Below are positions 53,139 through 64,000 of a stretch of 64,000 bases of DNA, piece after piece. How positions within the stretch are numbered: the stretch's first letter is position 1; each line of letters starts with the position of its first letter. Origin of the DNA: Azolla caroliniana. Lineage: Eukaryota; Plantae; Polypodiophyta. The notes under the pieces are model-generated. The model ran no database searches. It was given only the letters and a program-made list of their open reading frames with translations, and was not told the DNA's origin. The position numbers and the translations under genes are program-made. The stretch spans positions 14,322,001 to 14,386,000 of the forward strand of contig JBHGNT010000001.1 of NCBI GenBank assembly GCA_043228905.1. The letters are read 5' to 3'.

Positions 53139-54808
53139 CGATGTGCCGAATGGGATGCGGAGTGTCGTCTCCGGTCTCTATGTAGCCGGGTCGATCCGGC
53201 ATTCGCAAGTCGCGAAACCACTCTTGGTGCGACGTCATGTGGTGCGAGGCTCCGGAGTCTACGAACCACGCGTGTTTAGAGTTGGAGGTGCTTGCGGAGT
53301 TTGCGGGATCGGAGGCCATCATAGAGTTCGCTTTATGCCTCATCGCAAAGAGTTCGTCGTAGTCCGCATTCGCGGTGTAATTTGTGAGTTACCGACTTGT
53401 TGAAGCTGACTCACTTCGTCTTTTTCGGCACTCCTCTTCGTGATGGCCAATTTTGCCGCAATAGTTGCACGTAGGTGGCGTCGTTCGCCGACCTTGTTCG
53501 GCATGGAAGCTCCCTCTTCTTGTGAAGGTTCCTTGATGGCTTCCGTTTCCTTGCCGAAATTGTGAATTCCCTTCGTTGGAGAAGAGCATTTGTCTTTCCG
53601 ATGTGTTGGTCTTTGGTTGAACGTGGTTTTCTTCGACCAATAGCATTGATTGGAGGTTGAAGAACGAGGGAGGGGTATCTCTCGCCAAGATTGCCGTTCT
53701 CAACGGGTTGAATCGTTGTGCGAGGCCGCCCAAGCATACTTGCACCATCTCATCCTCATCGATGTTGACGTTGATGAAGCCAAGAGAGTCGCAAATGCTC
53801 TTGATCTTGGCGGTGTAGTCCGTCACGAACATTTCTTTTTGTCGTATGTTGTTCAACTCTTGCCGGAGTTGAAGCTTGCACGCGGATGTGTTCGCGGCGA
53901 AAATCTTCTTGAGATTTTCCCACGCCTCTTTGGGCGTCTTGGTGTCATGAATGTGGCTAAGCATGTGGTCGTTTACACATGTTGCCAAGCAATACATTAC
54001 ACAACTCGCGCCTTGCTCCCACGTTGGGTAGTTGGCGTGTGTGGTTTCGGGTTTGTTTTCTTGTGCGCCGTTGATGTAGGTCCAATACCCTTGGCCGACA
54101 AGGTATTGATTCATCTTGTACTCCCAAGATGAATAGTTGCTTCGGTTTAGCTTTTCGCTAGGGAGTGAGCTTCCCCTTTGTTTGTTCATGTTGATTGTTG
54201 TGTCTTCCGTTTTGTTTTTCTTCTCTTGGTCGTGTACACGTCCTTCGTAGCGGCACTACGATAGCGGATAGCGAATAGTTGGGATTTGTCGTTGGCGTCT
54301 CGAACACACAATCACGAATAAGCGGTGGGCTTAGTGGATTTCCTAAACCACGCGCTCTGATACCATGTTAAGTAATTAGGTAATTAACTAGGGTTAATTA
54401 GAGACTAATTATATGGTTACGTTAAGCAATGGAAGATTAGTATGATATGTGCGTGAGAGTGTGTGAGAGGAAGAGAGAGAGAGAGAGGAAGTTACACTTA
54501 TGAACACGAAGATAAATGGGGGATGATTGACTATATTGAAAAGTGTCATCAACATACAAAAATACCCACAATGAGGTATATATACAACCCATGTGCAAAG
54601 GTGCACATGTGTGGGTAGAACATAGGTACTTATGTGTAAGTCCTACATTAAATGTACTAAGGAGTGGAGGATCTAGAATATCCCACTTAAGTACAAGGTC
54701 CTATTTAAAGGCTTAAGGTCAACACATTAACTAGATTCAATCTAGGTAACTACTAAGTTACATGTGTTGACTAACTAGATTAAACTAGTTGAGCTTGATA
54801 TCTCAACA

Positions 54809-56816
54809 AGAATCTTTAATGCCACATATCTCAAGGATGCAAAAGGATATGCAAATGTATAGTCTCTCTTCTAGCGATGAAAAAGATCCAGACCAATTTG
54901 GGAAGTTACTCCTACAAATATGCAATAGTACCGGATTGCTTATTGCAAATTGTATTTCCTTATGGCCCAACACTAATGGTTTTACATGTATAAAACACAA
55001 CAGAAATAGTGTGATTGACTATGTGCTACTTTCTGAAGGTATTTTGGATCTTATACATAAATTCTCACTTGGTGAATGGACACCGGAATCCGATCATAGG
55101 CCTTGATGTATTGATCTCAAATGTATGCATAGGTTTGATTGTGAGAAGGCTATTGAAGATAATAAACCGCACTTGAGCATGAACCTTAAGCGAGGACCCA
55201 TTTATTCCAAGATGGTTGAGGATATGTTACAAATGACAAAGATACAACATGGTGCCACATTAAAATGCAAATGGGAAGCTTTCAAGAAAGTCATTCTCTC
55301 TTATACAAACAAATGTTTTTCAACCAACCGCACATCTTGGAAATGCACCAAGAAACTTAGGAAAAAATTGTTTCATAAAGAATGTCGTGAAGCTCGAAAG
55401 TGCCTTATGGTTTTGGATGTAGTTAAGGATAAAGAGAATTACCAAAAGCATTTGCATGAGTATAAAAGGCTTATTCAATGAAAGAGAAGAATATGGGAAG
55501 TTACTCAACAATTTATCCAAACGCAAGAGAAAGCACATGCATGTGCTAAATTTTGGGGAAATTTAAAGGGGAAACGTGTTGAGAGTTATGGTGACTTAAC
55601 TCTTCACGACTTGTCTATGCATTGTAAGAATTTATATGAGTTATCTCTTGCTGGAAAGATGAAGTGTTATGGTTCTCTTTCACATATGTCTCCCTTCTTT
55701 ACAATTGAAGATATATGCATAGGACTTAAGAAATTGGCCTCTCGAAAGGAAAGCGATCTTCAATGTATAAAGGCTTAAATGCTCAAATGGACGGGGAAGG
55801 AAGCACATGTATGGATAAGCGATATGTTTAATGATGCATTACAACATGGTATGCCATACGATTGGACTACAAATTGGATGAAACCTTTACATAAAGATGG
55901 AGATGTAAAATAATGTAAACAACTATTCAACCATCATGGTTGGCTCATTAATGGCAAAACTATTTGGATATATAATGGAATCAAAGATAAGTGTATGGGC
56001 TGAAAAAAATGGTTTAGAGATCTTATGGACAAGCTGGCTTTCGAAAACACCATAGAACCATTGATCACATTGTCACCCTTCGAGTATTAATGGAGGAAAG
56101 TCACCTTAGAGGTAAAGGTTTATATTGTTGCTTTGTAGACTTCAAGAAAGCTTTTGATATGGTACTTCGTGAGTATCTTTGGAGGCGAATGGAAGAACTT
56201 GAGGTGCCAAATGAATATATGCTTGCAATTTCCCGAATTTATGAGAAGGTTATATGTTGTGTGCATATGAAAGATAAACTTTCTAATTTTTTCAAAAGCA
56301 CTATTGGTGTTAAGCAAGGATGCCCACTCTCACCAACACTATTTGGTCTATGCATTGATGAATTGGAAGAAATGGTTACCAAGTTTGCAAAGGAAGAATG
56401 TGTTGAAGAAGTTACTATTGGGAATGTTGTGATTATGCTTTTGCTATATGCAGATGTTGTAGTGCTTTTTGCAAATACTTTAGGAGATGCACAAAAGCTT
56501 ATGAAAGCATTGGAAAAACTTTGCATGCATACTAAATTAAGTGTCAATAGCTCTAAACAAAGATTATGCTTGTGAAGAGCCAAAAAAGAGATAAAGCGTG
56601 CATTATGTACAACAATGAGCCACTTGAATGTGTGGAAAGCTTCAAATATCTTGGCCTTGAAGTTCCTTCAAATCATAGATGGAATGAATGTGCTACACGC
56701 CGCTTAGAGGCAAGTAAGCGAGCATACTATGCATTTGAGAACACATGCAATCTTGGAGATATTAAGTGTTGGGTCTCCAAGAAATATATTTTCGACACTT
56801 TGGTGACACTGATTCG
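54809..56816 (+). mobile_element. Degenerate LINE (APE C-terminus plus RT)
   Basis: SVIDYVLL..ESDHRP; FVDFKKAFDMV; GVKQGCPLSPTLF; LLYAD; FKYLG. Confidence 0.9.
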
Positions 56817-57215
56817 TGTTGGGAGACAGGTCCCTCCGGATGGGAAGGGAGAAGAACAGTGCCGACAAACAATCTCGGCCGAGGCCGAAACCGGATGAGG
56901 AGTACCCGGCTACGGAGAGCCGAATGGTGCAGACCCGGTGTGAACCGGATGAGGAGTACCCGGCTACGGAGAGCCGGATGGTGCAGGCCCGGTGAGAACC
57001 GAATGAGGAGTACCCGGCTACGGAGAGCCGGATGACACAGACCCAGTGAGAACCGGAGGAAGAGACATATTCGTAAATATGTTTCTGAGAGCCCATCGAG
57101 GCTATATTTGTAAATAGCCGGAAAGTCATATTAGTATAAATATGACTTAGGGCAAATATGTGTTTGTAGTTGTTGTCATTCTTGTTGGTGCAAGAATATA
57201 GTGTGTGCGTAACTG

Positions 57216-57274
<59 letters not shown>

Positions 57275-60200
57275 GTCGTTGCCTCTGTTGTAACCGCCGC
57301 CTGTGGCGAAGATCTGTGAGCACGAGGTCGTTGCCTCAGTGAATTCACTGTTGTACATTCTTACATAGTGACAGTTTGCAGCTTGTGGGCTGCCGTGGTT
57401 TTTTCCCCTAGTTTGGGGTTTTCCACGTAAACCTCCTATGTATTCTCTTCCTCTTTGTGTCACGTTTTATTTCCCATTTTCTGTGTATGATCCTAAGCTC
57501 GGTTGTGGCCGAGCGTTGTGTATAGGGAGCGTTGAGTTCCCGACAAGTGGTATCAGAGCGAAACGACACAGAAATATGGACGAATCGTTTGGCGGCATGT
57601 TCAAGCTCACCGGTTCCAACTATTCGGTATGGAAGTCGAAGATGAGGGACATGCTCGTGGTTAAAGACCTCTGGCTGCCGGTTCAGTTCGGGGACAAGAG
57701 ACCGGACAAAATCGACGCTGCGATATGGGAGGTGATGCACATGAAGACAACGGTGTACATACGGTGCTTCATCGACATGAGCCTGTACAACAACTTCAAT
57801 GAAGAGAGCAAGGCTCATGAGCTCTGGGAGAAGATCGGCATAATGTTTCAAAACAAAAATGCTGTTAATGAGGTTTCGGTATTCCGGAAGCTAGTAAGAC
57901 TCCGGTACCAAGATGGCTCCAGCATGGCGGAGCATATGAATGCCTTCCAGGGCTGATACACCAGGCAACGTCATTGGAAGTACCTCTCGCCGATGAGGTA
58001 CTAGCGCTGCTCCTGCTCAGTTCCCTCCCGGATAGCTGGGAGACGTTGGTTGTCACTTTGGGCAACGCTGGACCGGAAGGAAAATGGTTATCCCTAGCAA
58101 GATTAAAGTAGGGCTTGCTAGATGAGGAGGCACGTCGGAAAGATAAGATACGAGCTCCGACTCCAAAGCGCTCCTTACCGAATCGGAACGCGGAAGACAT
58201 AGAAACCGTAGTCCCCAGAACTGGGAGAAGTCGGGGACACGGTCAAAGTCAAGGGGGAGGCCTACTTGCTTCTATTGCGGCAAGCCGGGACACTTCCAAA
58301 AGAATTGTCGGCATTTCCAAAAAGATAAGGAGACCGATGGTACCGATTCGAAGCGGACCCCGGACCGGAACGGTAAAGACCGGAGGGGGCCGGACCGGAA
58401 GGGGACGACGGCAATCGCGGCAAATGAAGAAGAGTTGATGCTCATCACCGAGGAGTGTGAGATAAACCTTGTCGGCGACGAGATGACCTGGCTGGTAGAC
58501 TCTGGAGCGTCATTCCACCTTACCCCAGACCGGAAATGCTTCTCACTGCCGGTGAGCTCTGGCATCCGACACTGCCGGTGAGCTGTGGCACAAGAGGTTG
58601 TGTCATATGAGCAAGAAGGGGATGAAGAGGCTTGCAGACGACAACCTCATTCCAGTGAAGAACGTGCACTTAGAGAAGTGCACTGATTGTCTGGCCGGTA
58701 AGCAGAACCAGACCTCCTTCCGACCAAGGCCACCGATGAGACGTAATGCACCACTGGAGTTGGTGCATACGGATGTGTGTCAAGTAGACACGAAGTCACA
58801 TGCCGGAGCGCAGTACTTCGTGGCGTTCATAGATGACCACAGCCGGAAGCTGTGGGCCACACCATTGAAGACGAAGGATCAGGTGTTATCCGTCTTCAAA
58901 GAGCTCCACGCGAGAGTGGAAAGAGAAACCGGCCGGAAGCTGAAGGCGGTCCGAGCAGATAACGGAGGAGAGTACCGCTCGAAGGGAATCCGGCTCGAAT
59001 TTACCGTGCCGAAGACGCCGGAACTAAACGAACTGGCCGAGAGGATGAACCGGACCATAATGGAGAGGGTCCGGAGTATGCTAGCGCATGCAAAACTACC
59101 CAAGAAGTTTTGGACTGAGGCATTGTCGACGGCGACATACGTGATAAACAGATCACCCTCAGTACCCTTGGACGGAGACACGTCACAGAGAGTATGGGCC
59201 GGTAAGGAAGTGTCCTACCGGCATCTGAAGGTGTTCGGGTGTCTCGCGTACGTGCATGTAGCAAAGGACCGGAGAGGAAAGTTAAACCCAAAGACCCGGC
59301 CATGCATATTCCTCGGTTACGGTGACAATGAGTTCGGCTACCGAGTGTGGGACCTGGTCGACAAGAAGGTATTCCGGAGTCAAGAAATTATCTTCATGGA
59401 GGACAAGACGCTTGCCGACTAGGAGTCGGAGAAGAAGATAATGAACTCCGAGTCGACCGGTAAGGATCGACTCTACGATGAGCAAACCCAACCGGCGAGA
59501 GACTGGTTAGCACTCGAAGAACCAGCCGGATACGGTGAGGATACCGAACCGGCAGAAGAAGAAGTAGAGGAAGGTGAAACCGGAACCGGCCAAGACCCCG
59601 AATCGGATTCAGATGAAGAGCAGATGGAAGAGCCGGTCACCGAAGCCCAAAGACGGAGATACCCTCTCAGAGAGAGAAGGTCCCCCGGAGATTTCCGGAT
59701 GCAGAGCATGTTCTGCTGACCGATGAGGGGGAGCCGGAAAGCTTCAAAGAAGCGAAGGATGACACCCATAGCCGAAAATGGTTAAGTGCCATGCAGGACG
59801 AGATGGATTCCTTGCATGAGAACCATACGTAAGAATTGGTGGAGTTGCCGAAAGGAAAGCGGGCACTTCGAAACAAGTGGGTGTACAAGTTGAAACCGGG
59901 AGATGCCGGAAACCCCCCGAGATACAAAGCCAGGATCGTGGTGAAGGGGTTCCAGCAGAAGAAGGGCGTGGACTTCGACGAGATATTTGCCCCGGTAGTA
60001 AAGATGACCTCCATCCGGACGATGCTGAGTATAGCGGCAAGCATGGATCTCGAGGTAGAGCAGCTAGACGTGAAGACGACATTCCTTCACGGTGACCTCG
60101 AAGAAGAGATCTACATGCAGCAACCGGAAGGATTCGTGGAGAAAGGGAAGGAGCACCTGGTTTGCTGGCTGAAGAAGAGCCTCTACGGGTTGAAGCAGGC

Positions 60201-61765
60201 CCCCCGGCAATGGTACCAGAAGTTCGACTCCTTCATGACCGATCAAGGGTACTACAAGACGCAGGCCGATCACTGCATGTTTGTGAAGAAGTTCGAAGGA
60301 GGCGACTTCTTTATACTCCTCCTATACGTGGATGACATGTTGATCGTCGGACGTGACCAAGTCAAAATACGGATGCTGAAGAAGGCTCTCAACCGGACCT
60401 TCTCAATGAAAGACTTGGGTCCGGCAAGACAGATGCTGGGGATGCACATCATTCGGGACCGGTCAGCGAAGCAATTATGGCTGTCACAGGAGAAGTACGT
60501 GACAAAGGTGCTTCACCGGTTCAACATGTCAGATGCGAAACCGATCGGATCGACACTTCCGGCAAACTGCAAGCTATCCAGTAAGCAAAGTCCGAAGACG
60601 AAAGCAGAGAAGGCGGATATGATGAAGATTCCATATGCCTCTGCCGTCAGGAGCTTGATGTACGCAATGGTTTGTACCCGACCGGACATAGGATACGCAG
60701 TCGGAGTGGTGAGCCAGTTTATGAGCAATCCCGACAAGGAGCATTGGAACACGGTCAAATGGATACTCCGGTATTTGAAGGGCACTTCAAATATGTGTCT
60801 CCGATTCGGCTCAGGAAAACCTCAACTGGACGGTTTCACCGATTCGGACATGTCGGCTGATGAGGATACCAGCCGGTCTACATCCGGGTATGTAATGACA
60901 TATGCAGGGGGAGCTGTTTCGTGGCAGTTGAGACTGCAGAAGACGGTTGCATTGTCAACCACAGAGGCGGAGTACATGGCGGCTGTGGAAGCCGGCAAGG
61001 AAATATTATGGATGAAGGACTTCATCGAAGAGCTCGGTATCCGGCAAGAGGAATACCGACTCTATTGCGACAGTCAAAGTGCCATCCACCTTGCTAAGAA
61101 TGCGGCCTACCATTCCCGGACGAAGCATATCCAGCGGAGGTATCACTGGATCCGGGAAAGAGTAGATGACCAGGAGTTCGCACTGACGAAGATCCACACA
61201 GACGAGAACGGGTCAGATATGCTGACCAAAGTTCTGATACCCGACAAGTTGGATGCATGCCGGAAGCGGATCAGACTGATAAGACACCCCATGCCGGAGT
61301 GAAGGGAGAGTTTGTTGGGAGACAGATCACTCCGGATGGGAAGGGGAACGAGCAGTGCCGACGAACAATCTCGGTCGAGGCCGAAACCGGATGAGGAGTA
61401 CCCGGCTACGGAGAGCCGGATGGTGCAGACCCGGTGTGAACCGGATGAGGAGTACCCGGCTACGGAGAGCCGGATGGTGCAGACCCGGTGTGAACCGGAT
61501 GGGGAGTACCCGGCTACGGAGAGCCGGATGGTGCAGGCCCGGTGAGAACCGGATGAGGAGTACCCGGCTACAGAGAGCCGGATGACACAGACCCGGGGAG
61601 AACCGGAGGAAGAGACATATTCGTAAATATGTTTCTGAGAGCCCATCGAGGCTATATTTGTAAATAGCCGGAAAGTCATATTAGTATAAATATGACTTAG
61701 GGCAAATATGTGTTTGTAGTTGTTGTCATTCTTGTTGGTGCAAGAATATAGTGTGTGCGTAACTG

Positions 61766-61810
<45 letters not shown>

Positions 61811-62081
61811 GTCGTTGCCTCTGTTGTAACCGCCGCCTGTGGCGAAGATCTGTGAGCACGAGGTCGTTGCCTCAGTGAACTCACTGTTGTACATTCTTAC
61901 ATAGTGACAGTTTGCAGCTTGTGGGCTGCCGTGGTTTTTTCCCCTAGTTTGGGGTTTTCCATGTAAACCTCTTGTGTATTCTCTTCTTCTTTGTGTCGCG
62001 TTTTATTTCCCGTTTTCTGTGTATGATCCTAAGCTCGGTTGTGGCCGAGCGTTGCGTATAGGGAGCGTTGAGTTCTCGACA
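56817..62081 (+). mobile_element. Ty1/copia element inserted at the LINE 3' region (family of 11673-16684)
   Basis: LTRs 56817-57545 and 61313-62081, TSD ATTCG, PBS TGGTATCAGAGCG, PPT GAGTGAAGGGAGAG; RT-RH ORF 59836-61302 open, gag and IN disrupted. Confidence 0.96.
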
Positions 62082-62183
62082 ATTCGTAGTGTACTTTGTA
62101 CACTACGTAAAATATGTATGGAGTACCCGATTGACTAAGTATAAAGAAATAGGAGAAAATACTAAAATAATTATGTTACATAC

Positions 62184-62392
62184 TGTTGAGAATCGAACTC
62201 AACTTCCCATATAAATAGGTTTCACACTAGCTCATGGACATACCAGGCTAGTTTTGTAAATAGTAGAAAGGGTCCTTGCCCTAGTTTAGTTGGTATTTAA
62301 ACCAACCATTTGTAACTTTGTTACTGCTAGATGTAATACATAGCTTTCTCATCTTAAGAATCTCTCTCTCAGTTTCGCATAAGTGCTCATAT

Positions 62393-62437
<45 letters not shown>

Positions 62438-63187
62438 GTCCTAATGTTGCCTACAATCACTCTCCTTTCTTTTCATGGTATCAGAGCGTGTGGTTTTCTG
62501 ATCAAGACTAATCGACTATGGTGTTCTACATACTGACAATCAACAGAACCGGTTCAAGAAATGGAGAAGAAATCATCATGAATACTCAGATGGGAAGCGT
62601 TCTTCCTATGGAGAAGTTTGACAGGACAAACTTCGCATCTTGGGAGTAGAAGATGCATCAGTACCTTGTCGGACAAGGATACTAGAGCTATATTGAAGGA
62701 GCTCACGAAACGCAACCCAACCCAACACACGCCGACTATCCTGTTTGGGAGCAGGCCGCAAGCCGTGTGTTGTATTGCCTTGCATCATGCATACATGATC
62801 ACATGCTAGGCTATATTCGAGAGACGAAAACACTGAAAGAAGTGTGCGACAATCTCAAGAGGATCTTCATGGCCAATACGGCTACCCGCAAGCTCCAGCT
62901 CCATCAGGAGTTGAATGACATTCAACAAAGGGACATGTCAATTGGTAGCTACGCCTTGAAGATGAAGGAGTTGTGTGATGCCCGTGGGTCGATCAATGTT
63001 GGCATTGAAGACGAAGAAATGGTGCAGATATGCCTCGGAGGCTTGGCACCTCGATTTAGCGCAATAAGGTCCGTCGTCCTCACAAGAGAGAATCCTCCCA
63101 CCTTTTTCGATCTCCAGTCAATATTGCTGGTCGAGGAAAATCACGTTTGACAAAGGAGCAACGCACCAGAGGGTCAGATGCTCTACT
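62184..63187 (+). mobile_element. 5' part of a Ty1/copia element (LTR 62184-62475 containing (CA)n, PBS, degenerate gag)
   Basis: TGTTGAG...TTTCA, PBS TGGTATCAGAGCG, gag homologous to 53389-54189. Confidence 0.85.
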
Positions 63188-64000
63188 TGTTGTCCAGAGT
63201 ACAGAAATGTAAAATTAGGAAATTAGCAGACGTCGAGTCCGAGTGTCACGGGCCACCAAGGGCTTGGCTGTGTGTAAGGGGAAAAGTTATTTAAACGAGG
63301 AACAATACCTCAGAAAGGGAGAGAAGAAAATTATAGGCGGAAGCACTAGCTTAGTCATTCGAATTAGATAAACTTGTAAGGTCACCGGCCATAGGCCGTG
63401 TTCTGTAATCCTTTCTGCCATAGTAATACATCTTATTTGTGCCTATTTTGGTTGCATGATTCTGTGTTTCGATCTATACCTATGAGTTTCACGCCGCCAC
63501 GTCTATCAAAACCTCGTTAGTGTTTTCTCTTTGAACCCTGTATCTCTCTCGACGCCTCTGTACGAGCCTTCACGTACCACGCCCTTGAAGACCGATAGTC
63601 GCAGATCTATCGAAGGTGTTCGCCCAAAGGAACGGGTAACACAATTTGGCACGCCCGGTTACAACTGTGAGTGCACAACGAACTTCGTTGAAGGTAACTA
63701 CCAGCCGCCGTTACGACGCCCTCTCGCACCACGAGGTCTCGGCCACCTGCCCGATGCCCTGAGCCTGTCGAAGGAACTTCCGACTCGGCGGTCACTGACC
63801 AATCCTTTCCCGATCAATCGGGGGCTTGTCCAGTGCAATCCTCGCCACCGGACACTCGATCGCGAGTGGATTCACCACTAGAGCCCCCGTCGAGCCCTCC
63901 GGAGGTCAATCAACCGGAACCAAACCCTTTTCTGGTGCTACCAGAAGAACCACAATACAACATCATGCCGTACCCATACCCACGATATGCCGACGGACCT
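63188..64000 (+). mobile_element. 5' LTR (~63188-63641) and leader of another non-chromovirus Ty3 element nested in copia gag; runs off the window
   Basis: TGTTG...GGTAACA, the same LTR end as the 18945-34781 element, followed by PBS TGGCACGCCCGG (tRNA-Arg-like). Confidence 0.75.

Larger units (their letters stand above)
45944..54808 (-). mobile_element. Internally deleted Ty1/copia element (RT and RNase H missing) hosting two nested insertions
   Basis: 443-bp LTRs 45944-46386 and 54366-54808 (one mismatch seen), PBS TGGTATCAGAGCG, PPT GAGGGGGCG; gag 54189-53389, PR DSGASHH, IN ..ERKNRQILE fused almost directly to the PPT region. Confidence 0.9.

Noticed and set aside
56704-57348. Long minus-strand ORFs across LTRs (also 61143-61859)
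   Set aside because: Artefacts of the 54-bp repeats and (AG)n tracts
62085-62107. Perfect 10-bp hairpin CGTAGTGTAC-TTT-GTACACTACG beside the copia insertion site
   Set aside because: No CTRR end or other Helitron evidence; single occurrence

Overview
Eukaryotic plant nuclear DNA, most likely a fern or other non-seed plant (inferred from Tcn1-like chromoviruses and the style of the PLS-PPR gene). There are three host genes: an intronless AP2/ERF gene (69-965, -), an intronless PLS-E PPR gene (37882-39267, +) and an 11-exon ARG1/ARL-type DnaJ gene (45111-40547, -). They sit among deeply nested LTR retrotransposons (copia, Tcn1-like and non-chromovirus Ty3), solo LTRs, a hAT MITE and a LINE, and most insertions can be delimited by their TSDs. 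The most unusual signals are: (1) a decayed, apparently intron-split bacterial-type N4C/N6A DNA methyltransferase fragment inside a 5-kb transposon-like insert; (2) a neighbouring array of 23-bp palindromes whose spacers occur in both orientations; (3) tRNA-like Pol III A/B boxes at the 5' end of several Tcn1-like LTRs; (4) a Ty3 element with a second, inverted tRNA-Arg PBS-like sequence where its polypurine tract should be. All calls were made by eye, with no database searches.
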